A stretch of DNA of 64,000 bases. It comes from Ostreococcus lucimarinus (taxonomy: Eukaryota). The position numbers and the translations under genes were made by a program. The DNA lies in NCBI GenBank assembly GCA_000092065.1, contig CP000581.1. The stretch is one strand, 5' to 3'. The number at the start of each line of letters is the position of its first letter. Positions within the stretch are counted from its first letter, which is position 1. Below are positions 43,182 to 53,857 of the stretch, piece by piece. The notes below the pieces were generated by a model. That model was given only the letters and a program-made list of their open reading frames with translations, did no database searches and was not told where the DNA came from.

Positions 43182-44081
43182 ATGACGCTGTCGCGCATCG
43201 ATGAGACGGCGACCCAGCGCGTGGGGTCGCTGGAAGTCATTTTCGGCCCGATGTTCAGCGGGAAGTCCACGGAACTGCAGCGACGATTGCGCAGGCACAC
43301 GATGGCGAGTCGACGCGTGCTCGTGGTGAAGTACGCGGGAGATAACAGATACGACGACGCGGTCGGGACGACGACGGCGGCGGTGACGCACGATTTGGCG
43401 ACGATGCCGGCGCTGCCGACGAAAGATTTGAGGAATATCGATAACGTGGCGCACAATTACGACGTGATCGGAATCGACGAGGGACAGTTTTTCGACGACG
43501 TCGCCGCGTTTTGCGAAAAGTGGGCGCACGCGGGTAAGACTGTCATTGTCGCGGCGCTCGACGCGACGTTTCAGCGCAAGCCGTTCAATTCGGTGCTTCA
43601 ACTGGTGCCGTTGGCAGAAAATGTGACCAAGTTGACGGCGGTGTGCACGGATTGCGCGGCGGATGCCGCTTTCACGGCGCGCACGACAAAGGAGACGAGC
43701 GTCGAACTCATCGGCGGGGCGTCGCAGTACAAGGCGGTGTGCCGGGCGTGTTACGGTAAGTACGCGGCCGAGGCGCACGAAAACGGTGCAACGGAGGCTG
43801 CTGCGACGACGACAGTGACGCCGCTTGCGAAACGCGTGGCGGATCGCATGAGCGAACTTAGCTTGAAAACGCCCGCACCGACGGATGGCTCGTTCACTTT
43901 CGCCACGCCAGCGACGCCCAATCTGGGACGCGCGACGAGTCAAAAAGTCGAAAATGTGGACGGGTCGGTGTTAAAGAGCGCCAAGAAGTCGCGAGGCTTC
44001 GGCGGGCCGGGACGCTCGCCGTTAAACGACTTCATCACCGGCGCTGGTTTCCATCGTTCGCCGCTCAGCACTCTGAGGTAG
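43182..44081 (+). CDS. TK1: Thymidine kinase (TK1 type) with a ~100-aa C-terminal extension.
   Basis: P-loop GPMFSGKSTEL, VIGIDEGQFFDD, zinc-ribbon CTDCAADAAFTARTTKE...CRACY. Confidence 0.9.
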   Translation: MTLSRIDETATQRVGSLEVIFGPMFSGKSTELQRRLRRHTMASRRVLVVKYAGDNRYDDAVGTTTAAVTHDLATMPALPTKDLRNIDNVAHNYDVIGIDEGQFFDDVAAFCEKWAHAGKTVIVAALDATFQRKPFNSVLQLVPLAENVTKLTAVCTDCAADAAFTARTTKETSVELIGGASQYKAVCRACYGKYAAEAHENGATEAAATTTVTPLAKRVADRMSELSLKTPAPTDGSFTFATPATPNLGRATSQKVENVDGSVLKSAKKSRGFGGPGRSPLNDFITGAGFHRSPLSTLR

Positions 44082-44193
44082 TCTGCGCGCGACGACGATG
44101 GTTTATTAGACTTAAATCCCGCCTCGCGCTGTAAAGTACGCGAGTAGCAAGTTTGTAGAACGCTATTAGTCTCTCATCACACTCTCGTCACAA

Positions 44194-46119
44194 CTAGTTT
44201 CTAAAACGATCCCCGAGCCCACCCCCGGCGCGCTTCAACATTTCTTCGGGTTTCAACTGCCCAGGCTTCTTCAGCTTGAGATCGGTGTCACGGTCGAACG
44301 GTCGATACTCCCAGTTCGTACCATCGTTCGGATCGTCCCTCTTCTTATCCCTGTCCTTTTCCTTTTTATCCTTCTTGTCCTTTTTTTCTCGCTTCGTAGA
44401 TTCACGTTGCCTCTCTTGGTGAATTTCCACTAACGATTTAGACCGTCGAGTCGCGTTGAACTCTTCGACTAAACGCTTCGTCTCTTCCTCCTTTGCCTTC
44501 GCCGCGGGCAATGCGTATTGCTGTTCTTGAGCTTGTAAAAATAGCTGTTTCTCGCGTTCAGCCGCTTGTTGTGGCGTGTCTGTCCACGCTGCTTCCATTT
44601 CAGCCGTGCGCGCAACCTTTTCTGTTTTGGAAAACGCCGTGACATTCGCCGTCGGGGGTCCTTGGTTCGGACGCTTCTCCGGGGGTAGGTGCGTCATCCA
44701 CTCTTCTCTGGTGTTGCCGTCGTCTTTCGCCCCATCTAGCAACTCGTCGTCCCCGGGTAAGGGCGTACCCTTCATGCGGCGCCATGCCGCCTTTTCGCGC
44801 TCGCCGGCTAGCCACTGCTCAAACTCTTCGCGCTCGTTCGCCTCATTTCGCTTCGCATCCACAACTGCGCGTTGCGTTGGATCTGACAACGCGCTGTGCG
44901 CCTTTTTGATGGCGTCGAACGCATCCTTAGCGTCTTCGTGCGCGCACTTGTCCGGGTGCACCATGAGCGAAAGCTTCCAGTATTTCTTCTTGATAAAGCC
45001 TGCGGTATCTTCCGGAGAAACACCAAGTATGTCGTACGCATCGCCCCCGCGCCTCAGCGTACGCACAAGTCGCATGGCACACGCTTCCCGACTCTCATCA
45101 CTCGTACTCTCCATTTCGGCGACAAGTTCTGGAGGTGGCGGCCCGAATGTGACATCAAACGCTAAATCCGCCGCAGCGGCCTCAAGCATACTTTTCGGCG
45201 GCGCCATTGGTCCGAGAACACGCTTCGCCGACAAGTCCGTGTCAGCACCGCTCGTGACCGGCGGTGGGCGCGAGCTGGGACCGATGTCTGCGCTCGCTGA
45301 GGCCGGCGGCCTCTGCGTGGGACCCGGCGCAGAAGGTTTGGGCTCATCTCGCTCACTATCACTTTCGCGCTCGGCCATGAATGCGTGCGCTTCTTCGCCA
45401 GTCAAAACCTGTATTTCCGTCGACGGTTTCGCATTCGCGCGCTTCGCCGCTCTGGCCTCGTCCTTTTTCGCCTTCGCCGCGGCGACGACTTCGGGATCGA
45501 GTCCGAGCCAAGGCTCGCGAGCGCGCGACAGACTCGCCAACGCGTCCGGTGTCTCGTCGAAGACCGCACCGAATCTACTAGACAAACTCAAATCACCATC
45601 ACCGAGCGCCCACGCCCCGGTCTTGGACGATCTCACCAAGCACGCGTTATCAAAGAAATACTCCAAGTATTTCCGCACGCGCTCGTCGGCGACGCCCGCC
45701 GTGGCCACCCCTCGTCCACCATCCACCGCGCGCAGCAGCTCCCTAAAGCTCTCGCGTTCGCTCGGAAATTTCGCGAGCATGTGCCTCAACGCCTCCGCCG
45801 CGTCCCTTCCCCTCGATACTTGTTCCCGAACGCTTCGCCGCTCGTCCCGCTCGTCGCTCGACGACGCGCTCGACGACGTCCCGCTCGACGACGTCCCATC
45901 CCGTCGCCGCCGTTTCGTCCCTCGCTCCCGCTCGCGTTTCCTCTTTTTCTCCTTGCTCGTCTTCTTTCTCTTCTTCTTCTCCTTCTTCCGCCGTCGCCGT
46001 TCGTCGTCGTCGTCGTCGTCGCCGCCGCGAAGTTTCTCTCTTTGATGCGCCGCGTACGCCGCGTTCAGCGCTTGCACGCTCGTCAGCGCCGCGGACAGCT
46101 GCGGATGATTCCCCACCAT
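44194..46119 (-). CDS. J-domain (DnaJ) protein with a long charged N-terminal region and a K/E/R-rich C-terminus.
   Basis: ATG at ~46119 (MVGNHPQL...). J-domain YDILGVSPEDTAGFIKKKYWKLSLMVHPDKCAHEDAKDAFDAIKKAHSALSD with the HPD motif. The upstream part of track ORF 44194..46677 is antisense to PLPBP. Confidence 0.7.
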   Translation of the reverse strand: MVGNHPQLSAALTSVQALNAAYAAHQREKLRGGDDDDDDERRRRKKEKKKRKKTSKEKKRKRERERGTKRRRRDGTSSSGTSSSASSSDERDERRSVREQVSRGRDAAEALRHMLAKFPSERESFRELLRAVDGGRGVATAGVADERVRKYLEYFFDNACLVRSSKTGAWALGDGDLSLSSRFGAVFDETPDALASLSRAREPWLGLDPEVVAAAKAKKDEARAAKRANAKPSTEIQVLTGEEAHAFMAERESDSERDEPKPSAPGPTQRPPASASADIGPSSRPPPVTSGADTDLSAKRVLGPMAPPKSMLEAAAADLAFDVTFGPPPPELVAEMESTSDESREACAMRLVRTLRRGGDAYDILGVSPEDTAGFIKKKYWKLSLMVHPDKCAHEDAKDAFDAIKKAHSALSDPTQRAVVDAKRNEANEREEFEQWLAGEREKAAWRRMKGTPLPGDDELLDGAKDDGNTREEWMTHLPPEKRPNQGPPTANVTAFSKTEKVARTAEMEAAWTDTPQQAAEREKQLFLQAQEQQYALPAAKAKEEETKRLVEEFNATRRSKSLVEIHQERQRESTKREKKDKKDKKEKDRDKKRDDPNDGTNWEYRPFDRDTDLKLKKPGQLKPEEMLKRAGGGLGDRFRN

Positions 46120-46215
46120 CGCGCGCGTGCGTTCGCGCGCGCGCGCGTCGCGCAGTACCGCCGGCGTCGGCGAATCGCGCGCGTCGCGCGGCATTCGTCG
46201 TCGCGCCCGAGCGCC

Positions 46216-46935
46216 ATGGTCATGGCGTCGCAAACCGCGCGTCAACTCAGCGACGTCGTCGCGCGCGTCGCCAGCGCCGCGGCGAAGGCGAACCGCGCGC
46301 AGGGCGCCGTGCGCTTGGTCGCGGTGAGCAAAACGAAACCCGTGGAACAGCTCAAGGAGTGCTACGACGCGGGACATCGCGACTTCGGTGAAAACTACGT
46401 GCAAGAGATGATCGAAAAAGTGCCGCGCATGCCCGAAGACACGCGCTGGCACTTCATCGGACACCTGCAGAGCAATAAATGTAAGGCCCTGCTCGAGGCG
46501 TGCCCGCGGCTGGCGATGCTGGAGACGGTGGACAGCGCGAAGCTGGCGAATAAGCTGAACGCGGCGGTGCCGGAGGGGCGCGTCGACGCGCTGCGAGTGC
46601 TGGTGCAGGTGAATACGAGCGGGGAAGCGTCGAAACACGGCGTCGAACCGGGTGATTGCGTGACGCTGGCGAAACACATCGTGAGCGAGTGCCCGCGGTT
46701 GAAGTTTGCGGGATTGATGACGATCGGGATGCCGGATTACACGAGCAAGCCGGAAAATTTCGAGACGCTGCGCAAGTGCCGGGAAGAGGTGTGCGCGGCG
46801 CTCGGGATGAGCGAGAGCGAGTGTGAGTTGAGCATGGGGATGAGCGGGGATTTCGAAGCGGCGATAGCGATGGGGAGCACGAACGTGCGCGTGGGGAGCA
46901 CGATCTTCGGTGCGCGGGATTACTCTAAGAAATAG
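46216..46935 (+). CDS. PLPBP: Pyridoxal-phosphate homeostasis protein (YggS/PROSC/PLPBP family).
   Basis: ATG at 46216 (MVMASQTARQL...). VRLVAVSKTKP (PLP-lysine), GENYVQE, WHFIGHLQSNK, SMGMSGDFEAAI. Confidence 0.85.
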   Translation: MVMASQTARQLSDVVARVASAAAKANRAQGAVRLVAVSKTKPVEQLKECYDAGHRDFGENYVQEMIEKVPRMPEDTRWHFIGHLQSNKCKALLEACPRLAMLETVDSAKLANKLNAAVPEGRVDALRVLVQVNTSGEASKHGVEPGDCVTLAKHIVSECPRLKFAGLMTIGMPDYTSKPENFETLRKCREEVCAALGMSESECELSMGMSGDFEAAIAMGSTNVRVGSTIFGARDYSKK

Positions 46936-47407
46936 TCGCGACGCTCTCGCGCGCGCTTTTTAATTCTTCGCTTGCATTCTTTTTACGTTGTTCGCCGCAC
47001 TTCCAGCCTCGGCGACGCGCGCGCGGAGGTCGGCGCGCGCGCGCGCGATGGCTGGTAAGTCCAACGCTCCCATCGCGCTCGCGCTCGCCGCGTTCGCGAG
47101 CGCGACGTTCGCGTTCCCGCTGTGGTACTGCTACGCCCCGAGCAAACCGATGTGGACGCAGGACGAGAGTCTGAGCGTGGCGGCGGTGCGACGAGGGGCG
47201 TTCATGAACAGCGGATCGCGAGACGTCGGACTCGATCGAGGGAAACCGGCGTGAGCGTCGATGGACGGCGACAGGGTAAGGTACGGCGAGGTACGGCGAC
47301 AGGTGTAAAGTAGGCGAGAGGTGTAAAAACAAAAAAAATTGAAATCAACGACAACGGGTCTGTCTACTGTCCTAACGAAGAGATTCCGCGCGCATTCGAT
47401 CGCTCGG

Positions 47408-48457
47408 TCATTCGCCCGCGGCGGCGATGACACCCGCCACGATGGCGGCGACGGCGCCCGCCGACGCGACGCGAAGCTCGGGATCGAAGACGCTCTTGCC
47501 GTGCTCCGCCGCCTTGGAGATGGCTGGGTCGAGTGGAACTTTACCCAGAAACGGCACGTTGAACTGCGCGCACATGGCTTCGGCGCCGCCTTTCGAGGGC
47601 GCAAATACGTCCGTGCGCGCGCTGAGCGAATCCGCGAGCTCGGGCGCGTGCGTCGCCAAAAGCTCGCGCACGCGACTCGTCTCATCCGCGCCCGTGTCCT
47701 CGTTCACGAACGACATCTCGCGCATGGGCACGCGAAGTCCGGACATGTTTTCCACCACCCCCAAAACCTTGATGCCGGTCTTTTTGCAAAAGTTGAGCTC
47801 CTTGCGCACGTCCGCCACCGCCACCTCTTGCGGCGTCGTCACCACCAGCGCGCCGTCCACGCCCGCCTCCTTCAAATACTGCACCACGCTCAAGTGCTCG
47901 TCCGACGTCCCGGGCGGCGCGTCGACGATCAAGTAATCCAGCTCCCCCCACTCCGTGTCCGCCAAGAACTGCTTGATCAAACCATTCTTCCTCGGCCCTC
48001 GCCAAATCACCGCGTCGTCTCGATTCGGCAGCATGAACCCGATCGACATCACCGCCAGATTCTCCTCCACGTACACCGGCGACCACCCAGAGTTACTCTT
48101 GTGCACCTCCGCCTCCGCGTCGCCGCACATCGTCGGCACCGACGGTCCGCAGATGTCCACGTCCAGCAGTCCAACCTCTTTCCCTCGTCCCGCGAGCCCG
48201 AACGCCAACTGCGCCGCGAACGTGCTCTTCCCGACCCCGCCCTTGCCGCTCAGCACCAATATCTTTCGCCGCACCCCGCGCAGGCGCTCGGCGACGCGCG
48301 TCGCGTCCGCGTCGGTGCCCTCGCGCGCTTTCGCCGCCTCGCCCGACGCGCACGCCGCGCGATTGGGACACCCCGCGCACGACGCCTCGCGCCCGGCGCG
48401 CGCGCTCGCGGTTCCCGGGCACGCCTCCGGCGCGTTCTCGGGCCTGTCGTCCGCCAT
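47408..48457 (-). CDS. NBP35: Cytosolic Fe-S cluster assembly factor NBP35 (Mrp/NBP35 P-loop ATPase).
   Basis: ATG at 48457. N-terminal four-Cys motif [25 protein letters not shown]-loop [22 protein letters not shown]. Mrp signature through VENMSG. The upstream track ORF (to 49045) is antisense to the next gene. Confidence 0.85.
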   Translation of the reverse strand: MADDRPENAPEACPGTASARAGREASCAGCPNRAACASGEAAKAREGTDADATRVAERLRGVRRKILVLSGKGGVGKSTFAAQLAFGLAGRGKEVGLLDVDICGPSVPTMCGDAEAEVHKSNSGWSPVYVEENLAVMSIGFMLPNRDDAVIWRGPRKNGLIKQFLADTEWGELDYLIVDAPPGTSDEHLSVVQYLKEAGVDGALVVTTPQEVAVADVRKELNFCKKTGIKVLGVVENMSGLRVPMREMSFVNEDTGADETSRVRELLATHAPELADSLSARTDVFAPSKGGAEAMCAQFNVPFLGKVPLDPAISKAAEHGKSVFDPELRVASAGAVAAIVAGVIAAAGE

Positions 48458-48599
48458 CGTCGCGCGCGGCGACGCGACGCGCGCGCGAGTGCGGCGGACG
48501 GCGCCGACCTCCAGCGCAACACCATCCGGAAGAAAACGCGGCAGAAGCGCGCGCGCAGCGTCGGCCGCTCGAGCGCGCGGCGCTCGAGCCGCGCGCGCG

Positions 48600-51500
48600 A
48601 TGACGGACAACGCGCACGCGCACGCGCGGCGCGGCCGCGCGAGCGAAGACGCGAACGAGCGCGCGAGGACGGCGCGACGAAGCGTCGATGCGTGGGCGAT
48701 GCACGACGCGGCGAGACCGCTCGACGGCGCCGTGGGCGACGCGAATCGCGAGCGTCGGGCGTCGGGAAGCGAGACGACGTCGGTGACGCTATCCGTCGGC
48801 GATGGACGCGCGCGAACGGGCGAGGGAGGGGCGCCGCGAGCGCCGCCGGGGGCGTTCGCGATGCAATCGCGCGCGCTCGCGGAGGAGGAAAAACGCGTGT
48901 ACGAGACGAGACGGACGTCGTGGGAGGCGCTGGCGCGCGAAGCGCGCGAAAAATGCGCGCAAGGGACGCTGCGGGACGTGTGGTTGCGCGAAAGGCTGTC
49001 GAACATCACGAGAAAGACGCACGAGGGGGAGCGGACGGCGCTCATGACTGATTACTTCGCCGACGCGGACGATCGCGTGGCGGTGGAGGGAGTTGATGGC
49101 GTGCGAAGAGGGATGACGCATCGTGAATTGCGAGTTTTGATCGATCGAGTGTGTGAAAAAGATATGCCCGAGTGGGGCGTGCGCGCGCACGGTGGGAGAA
49201 TCGCGGTGGTGGTGCCAAACGGGCCCGAACTCATGACTTCTTTGATGTGCGTGTTGCAGCGACACTGCGCGGTGCCCATCAATCCGGTGACGACGCAAGA
49301 GGAGATTGAAGAAGAGCTGTTGAATACGAACGCGAAAGTGTTGTTGTATCAACGTGACGGGGGTAAGGGCGATGTTAAGATGCGTCGGTTGTGCAAGAAG
49401 CTCAAGTTGACGCCTTTGATCATCACGCCGAGCCCGACAGTGGCGGGCGATTTCACTCTCATCGGCGATCCGTACGGCTTAGCCACAGAAGAGGACTCGG
49501 CTGGGAACGACATCGAGCTCATGCAAGCCGACCGCTTGGCTTTGATTCTACACACGTCTGGGAGCACGGGGAAAAAGAAGGTTGTTCCCATTGCGATGTC
49601 GCAAATCCTTATCGGCGCCGCCGCCATCGCGGCGTCTTGCGGCTTGAATGAAGACGATATTTGCTGCAACTTCATGCCGTTGTTCCACGTCGGAGGTATC
49701 TTAAGAAATGTACTGGCGCCAATCATGTCCGGTGGATCCACGGTTGCTATGCCTTTCTTCGATGTCGACAACTTTTGGGAAGTCCTCGAGAGCAAAAAGT
49801 GCACGTGGTACTACGGCGCGCCGACTATGCACATGCTCATCGTAAAGTCCGCGGAAACCATGGCGAAGAACGACAAGGGATCAGTAAAGACATGTGTGAG
49901 GTTTGTCGCCAACGCTGCGGGCCCGTTACAACCGGCGACCGCGACGGAACTTCGACGCTTGTTCAACAACGCCTCGGTTTTGCCTTCGTACGGTATGACG
50001 GAGTGCATGCCTATCTCGTGCCCGCCCATGGGATACGCGTTAGAGCGCCCGGGGACTTCTGGTCGATCAATCGGGCCGGAAATCGGCATCATAGACGATA
50101 GCGGTAATCTTTGCCCTTCTGGTGCGGTTGGGAACATCATGGTGCGTGGCCCTCTCGTGTTGACCGGGTACGAGGGCGAAGCGCCCGGTTCGAGCGGATT
50201 TGAGCCGGGAGGCTGGTTTAACACTGGCGACATGGGTAGGATGGATGATGATGGTTATTTGTACGTCACTGGTCGGACGAAAGAAGTCATTAATAGAGGA
50301 GGGGAAATCATCTCGCCGGTTGAGATTGAGGAAGCGCTCGCGTCGCTACCGGCAGTGTCTGAGTGCGTCGCCATCTCTGTCCCACACGGTACGCTTCAAG
50401 AAGTTGTTGGGGTCTTGGTTGTTCCAGTGAAAGGTGGACAAGTTCCCGGTATGCGGCAAATCGTACAGCACGTCGCCAAACGTTTGCCACCGTCCAAGTG
50501 GCCGCAGTGCCTTATTTTAGCGAGTGGCATTCCGAAGTCCATCACGGGAAAAGTGAGTCGCAGCGTGATCACTAGGCAGCTGCGACTACCTTCGCTCGAA
50601 GATGGTATGCGGGAGTTAGAAACAACGTTTGAAGCAGACTTTGCGGACAACGCCCTCTCTGGGGCACAGGCATTGAATGTAGACAACGCCTCGTCAGAAG
50701 TCGTGCAAGCGCTTCTTCTAGTGCCTGGCGTCAACGACGCCGGAGCTTGGATGGATAGCACCGGCTCAATCATCGCTGTCGTTACCCCGAAAACGCTCGA
50801 TGCGTCATCGGTGAGCTCGGCATCCACGCGTTACCTTCCTGGTTATCTTGAACCAAAGGAAATCTTGCCCGTGGCGTCAGTCCCACGAGATGCGCAAGGC
50901 GCCATCGAAGTTTCCAAAGTTTACGAAATGATGCGCCAAGATTTGACAGACGCTCCAGCGAACCCCAATCAAGAGCTTCTCGCGCATTTGTGGGGCGAAG
51001 TGCTCGGTACGGATTCGAGCATGATATCCATCAAGGATGATTTCTTCCTGAGCGGCGGCTCGTCCATTGCGGCGGGTCAACTCGCGGGTTTGATTCGCAA
51101 GAAGTTTGAAGTCAACATCACCGGAGCGGATATGTTCGAGCTTCGCACGATTCAAAGAATTGCGCAGATGATCGACAAGCGTACGAAGGAGGCGGAGAGC
51201 TCGGATAGTAAGCCGACGCACGCTCCACGACCCGTCGGCCCGGTTGACTGGGTCACGCCGAAGTCAAGCTTGGGCATCATCCCGAGCATCGTGCAGCTAA
51301 TGCCCTTGTACCTGATCAAGCCATTCTACAACATGGCACGTTGGGTTTTGTTCTTGATGTGCTGGTCGCACGTGTTCCACTACCTCGGTCCGAGCTTGCA
51401 TTGGATGAGGCGCGAGCACTTCATGGCTAAGGCTCAAAAGTTTGGCATGAATGAGGCGCATTCGCACTTTTACAGTACCGTGCAGCTTCTGTCGTTCTTC

Positions 51501-53759
51501 GTGGCGATATTCTTTGTAGCTTTGATCGTGTCGATACTGTTCCCACTTAGCGCGATCGTGTTCAAGTGGGTAGTGTTGGGGCGATTACAAGCGGGATCGT
51601 ATCCACTTTGGGGGCAGTACTACTTGCGATGGTTCTTAGTCGAGCAAGTGACCAAGATTGCGGGTCTCGGCATTTTTGATCTTTCTCCATGGTTGTTCAC
51701 TTGGTACATGCGCATGATGGGGGCTTCGATTGGAAAAAGTTCATATGTTAGCCCGAAAGCCATCATCGGCGACTTTGATCTTATCACGATTGAAAAGAAC
51801 ACCACTGTAGATGAAGGGTGCAACATTCGCGCCTTTGAAGCGCGTCGCGGCGGTATGCGTCTGTCGCCAATTTTCATCGGTGAAGGTTGCACGCTGTGCG
51901 TCCACGCGGTGTGCGGGCCGGGCGCATACGTTCCAGCTGGTTCGACACTTGCCGCTTTCACATCCTGGAGAGAGATGGATCCGCAACAAGTCCGGCCCGT
52001 GAGCACGAAAACGGCACAAATGCACTCGGAAACGCCGCGGTTGGCGTCGCGTTTGTTCGTCGCGTTTCCCATCGTTTTCACGTGCTTCTTCGTTCGTTGG
52101 CTGCCGTGGGTTTTAGTGCTGCGCGTCGTCCAGCAACACTCCATCGGAGATAACTTACTCACGCACGCGGGTATGGCAAACTGGAGACAAGAGCTCGACA
52201 CACTTGACAACGACTACGACGCGCTCGAAGTGTTCGTCACGCTGCTCGGGCGTTTGAGCTGGACGGATTGCATCGAATGGTTTATGGACCCGTTTCGGCT
52301 GGGTTGCATAGCGCTTGCGCGTCTGATGCACGCGACTGCCGGCCCGTTTGTACAGCTTTTCGCGACGATTCTAGTCAAGCGCGTCATCATTGGTAAGTTT
52401 AAATCTGGCGGCTTACCGCAAGCGCCGGCGGCGCGCGAGTGGGAATTGACACGTCGCTACATCATGCGTAAACTTTGCCCTAATGGCAAGTTTTACGGTG
52501 CGACGGATCTACTAGGTAAGCATTACCAGTACACAACGTATATTTACCGTGCGCTTGGCGCGACGGTTGGTGAGCGCATATTCTGGCCAGGCTCTGGCGT
52601 CATCGTCGGGGACGGAATGTACGATCTTTTGCACATAGAAGACGATGTCGTGTGGGGATCACGTTCTGCGGTGTATCCAGCAGATACCATCGGAGCTCTT
52701 CCCATACGTATTCGGCGTGGCGCGAACATCAGCGACCGTTGCGTCATCTTTGGAGGCGTTACTGTGATGCCGAACGCGTGCCTCGGCTCTGGGAGCGTCG
52801 CCGCTCGCAAGATGACGATTGCGAGCGGGTCGATTTGGGTCGGCAGTCGCAATGGCGTAGCCGTACAACTCGACCCTGGCGGTGCGTCGAGTATGATGGA
52901 TGAGCGCCAGACCGCGAAGCCATTCGGACGTGCAACGTACTTGGGACAAGCGACGTACCCCGTCGTCCCGTGGTACTTCATGCCCGTGATTTGTATCAGC
53001 GTGCAAATTTTCAAAGCCGCCGCGAACATGTTGCCGATTTACGTCGCGTGGTACGCCACCGCGTACATCTCCAGAGTATACCTTGACGAAGATTGGCAAA
53101 CTCTCGACGCGACACGGTACTTGAGCATCTTGTTCGTCGTATTCTTGATTTTGCGCGGTGTTCAAACGACGTTCAATCTCGTGAATTCCATCTTTCTGAA
53201 GTGGATCATCGTCGGTCGACGCACGCCCGGAAACTATCCGTGGGACACTAGTTCGTATTGTTTCCGCTGGAAACTGTGCGATATCATGAGCGACACGACA
53301 GATTTAATGCTTCTCTCCGGAAGCGAACATTTGTGCCGATACTTCCGCGCGAAAGGAGCCAACATTGGGCAGAACGTTTGTTTGTACCCCACGGGAGCGG
53401 ATCCGCCCATGCCCGAACCAGACTTGGTCACTATTGGCGACGGCGCGTGCATCAATTTCGCCCACGTCATCGCGCACACGAATACGTTGGGCGCTTTTGC
53501 GCTGAACAACATTCTCATTCGCGAACGCTCGACCCTCTGCATGGAGAGTCGTGTCATGGGTGGCACGAAAGTCGGAGCAGATTCCATTCTCCTCGAACAC
53601 ACGCTCGCAATGGTGGGTGACGATGTTGAACGCGGGGGGATCTGGCAAGGATGGCCCGTACAAATGGTTTTGAATTCGTGCGAACGCCCGCGCGGAAAGT
53701 CGTCGCCGTCAGGCCCCGAGAAGGCAAGTCCGATGGCCAAATCATATGGGGCCATGTAA
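48600..53759 (+). CDS. Pls-type (epsilon-poly-L-lysine synthetase-like) single-module nonribosomal synthetase. Domains: adenylation (~49100..50570), thiolation/PCP (~50960..51190), then a membrane region with six predicted transmembrane helices interleaved with three tandem hexapeptide-repeat (LbH) modules C1 (~51700..51960), C2 (~52550..52830) and C3 (~53350..53640).
   Basis: Single 1719-codon exon from ATG 48600 (alternative start 48861). A-domain cores: [15 protein letters not shown] (A3), SYGMTEC (A5), [39 protein letters not shown] (A7/A8), [11 protein letters not shown] (A10). Carrier motif [15 protein letters not shown]-terminal 850 aa are an internal triplication, each unit holding a pair of hydrophobic helices followed by the motif (K/R)W(V/I)(V/I)(L/V)GR..(A/P)G.YP and then [LIV]GxxxxI-type hexapeptide repeats. 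Confidence 0.8.
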   Translation: MTDNAHAHARRGRASEDANERARTARRSVDAWAMHDAARPLDGAVGDANRERRASGSETTSVTLSVGDGRARTGEGGAPRAPPGAFAMQSRALAEEEKRVYETRRTSWEALAREAREKCAQGTLRDVWLRERLSNITRKTHEGERTALMTDYFADADDRVAVEGVDGVRRGMTHRELRVLIDRVCEKDMPEWGVRAHGGRIAVVVPNGPELMTSLMCVLQRHCAVPINPVTTQEEIEEELLNTNAKVLLYQRDGGKGDVKMRRLCKKLKLTPLIITPSPTVAGDFTLIGDPYGLATEEDSAGNDIELMQADRLALILHTSGSTGKKKVVPIAMSQILIGAAAIAASCGLNEDDICCNFMPLFHVGGILRNVLAPIMSGGSTVAMPFFDVDNFWEVLESKKCTWYYGAPTMHMLIVKSAETMAKNDKGSVKTCVRFVANAAGPLQPATATELRRLFNNASVLPSYGMTECMPISCPPMGYALERPGTSGRSIGPEIGIIDDSGNLCPSGAVGNIMVRGPLVLTGYEGEAPGSSGFEPGGWFNTGDMGRMDDDGYLYVTGRTKEVINRGGEIISPVEIEEALASLPAVSECVAISVPHGTLQEVVGVLVVPVKGGQVPGMRQIVQHVAKRLPPSKWPQCLILASGIPKSITGKVSRSVITRQLRLPSLEDGMRELETTFEADFADNALSGAQALNVDNASSEVVQALLLVPGVNDAGAWMDSTGSIIAVVTPKTLDASSVSSASTRYLPGYLEPKEILPVASVPRDAQGAIEVSKVYEMMRQDLTDAPANPNQELLAHLWGEVLGTDSSMISIKDDFFLSGGSSIAAGQLAGLIRKKFEVNITGADMFELRTIQRIAQMIDKRTKEAESSDSKPTHAPRPVGPVDWVTPKSSLGIIPSIVQLMPLYLIKPFYNMARWVLFLMCWSHVFHYLGPSLHWMRREHFMAKAQKFGMNEAHSHFYSTVQLLSFFVAIFFVALIVSILFPLSAIVFKWVVLGRLQAGSYPLWGQYYLRWFLVEQVTKIAGLGIFDLSPWLFTWYMRMMGASIGKSSYVSPKAIIGDFDLITIEKNTTVDEGCNIRAFEARRGGMRLSPIFIGEGCTLCVHAVCGPGAYVPAGSTLAAFTSWREMDPQQVRPVSTKTAQMHSETPRLASRLFVAFPIVFTCFFVRWLPWVLVLRVVQQHSIGDNLLTHAGMANWRQELDTLDNDYDALEVFVTLLGRLSWTDCIEWFMDPFRLGCIALARLMHATAGPFVQLFATILVKRVIIGKFKSGGLPQAPAAREWELTRRYIMRKLCPNGKFYGATDLLGKHYQYTTYIYRALGATVGERIFWPGSGVIVGDGMYDLLHIEDDVVWGSRSAVYPADTIGALPIRIRRGANISDRCVIFGGVTVMPNACLGSGSVAARKMTIASGSIWVGSRNGVAVQLDPGGASSMMDERQTAKPFGRATYLGQATYPVVPWYFMPVICISVQIFKAAANMLPIYVAWYATAYISRVYLDEDWQTLDATRYLSILFVVFLILRGVQTTFNLVNSIFLKWIIVGRRTPGNYPWDTSSYCFRWKLCDIMSDTTDLMLLSGSEHLCRYFRAKGANIGQNVCLYPTGADPPMPEPDLVTIGDGACINFAHVIAHTNTLGAFALNNILIRERSTLCMESRVMGGTKVGADSILLEHTLAMVGDDVERGGIWQGWPVQMVLNSCERPRGKSSPSGPEKASPMAKSYGAM

Positions 53760-53857
53760 ATACTGTATCTACTATAGACACATCACATATTCTATTCGTT
53801 TCAATTTGGTTTTTGTTTTTGCCGTTGTGAATGTAAAAATGTTTTGTCACACTTCAC

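Noticed and set aside
47048-47254. Small ATG-initiated ORF (68 aa, MAGKSNAPIALALAAFASATFAFPLWYCYAPSKPMW...) between PLPBP and NBP35. The ATG is followed by a perfect GGTAAGT donor-like heptamer.
   Set aside because: It could be a small membrane protein or a tiny first exon. There is no detectable family, no acceptor partner and no conservation evidence, so it is left uncalled.
53757-53857. TGTAA motif at ~53833 in the 99-bp convergent gap between the Pls-like gene and the oxygenase, as a green-algal poly(A) signal.
   Set aside because: It is plausible, since UGUAA is the chlorophyte signal. But a single pentamer in AT-richer 3' sequence is not strong enough to call as a feature. The motif is not found consistently downstream of the other genes in the window.
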